Position numbers and translations under genes: made by a program | Notes under the pieces: generated by a model | The model's input: only the letters and a program-made list of their open reading frames with translations | Told to the model about the DNA's origin: nothing | Databases searched by the model: none | Shown: positions 63,601 to 64,000 of the stretch, piece by piece | Layout: every line of letters begins with the position of its first letter | Numbering within the stretch: position 1 is the first letter of the stretch | Source of the DNA: Ostrea edulis | Taxonomy: Eukaryota | NCBI RefSeq assembly: GCF_947568905.1 | Contig: NC_079165.1 | Location: 102,486,001 to 102,550,000, forward strand | Direction of reading: 5' to 3' | Length of the DNA: 64,000 nucleotides

Positions 63601-64000
63601 AATGTTACATGTAGTGTCCAATGTTACATGTAGTGTTCAATGTTACATGTAGTGTTCAATGTTACATGTAGTGTTCAATGTTACATGTAGTGTTCAATGT
63701 TACATGTAGTGTTCAATGTTACATGTAGTGTTCAATGTTACATGTAGTGTTCAATGTTACATGTAGTGTTCAATGTTACATGTAGTGTTCAATGTTACAT
63801 GTAGTGTCCAATGTTACATGTAGTGTTCAATGTTACATGTGTTCAATGTTACATGTCGTGTCCAATGTTACATGTCGTGTCCAATGTTACATGTAGTGTT
63901 CAATGTTAAATGTCGTGTTCAATGTTACATGTCGTGTCCAATGTTACATGTGGTGTTCAATGTTACATGTCGTGTTCAATGTTACATGTGTTCAATGTTA
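63601..64000. repeat. 19-bp minisatellite, about 21 units, running off the window end
   Basis: Unit AATGTTACATGTAGTGT(T/C)C. Confidence 0.95.

Overview
Eukaryotic, AT-rich, intron- and repeat-rich DNA, almost certainly from a bivalve and most likely an oyster (inferred from the repeat families, not from a database search). Manual splice reconstruction finds a head-to-tail + strand cluster of 8 paralogous single-pass receptor units (G1-G8). Each follows one plan: short first coding exon with one Cys (usually phase-2 donor) / CC exon (47-71 nt) / EGF-like exon(s) (phase 1-1) / one large terminal exon (Ser/Thr stalk, TM helix, Tyr-motif tail). They look like miniature Draper/CED-1/MEGF10/SCARF-type receptors that keep the Cys skeleton but have diverged almost everywhere else. 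G1, G3, G4, G5 and G6 give complete open spliced frames of 323-342 aa. G2 and G7 retain only a clear terminal exon, and G8 has no identifiable terminal exon in the window. Main observations: (i) two minisatellites are built from splice sites of the same homologous exon, 14 tandem acceptors in G1 and about 25 tandem donor units in G3, and only one site in each array is productive; (ii) a tandem YxxP-x8-Yx[DE][VI] motif recurs in otherwise unalignable tails; (iii) most copies appear to start without a signal peptide; (iv) G1 and G3 share a 168-bp gene-conversion-like tract; (v) a ~350-nt retrozyme-like element carries a minimal type I hammerhead ribozyme (two copies) and begins at the predicted cleavage site. 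The rest is nested mobile DNA: about 20 Naiad-type Penelope-like fragments, L2 and RTE-X-like LINE pieces, tRNA-derived SINEs, a pearl/HINE element with ~160-bp satellite units, and a Kolobok-like relic with a P2X7-ballast-like pseudogene. No rRNA, intact tRNA or CRISPR array was found. All gene models come from reading the sequence and need RNA-seq confirmation.
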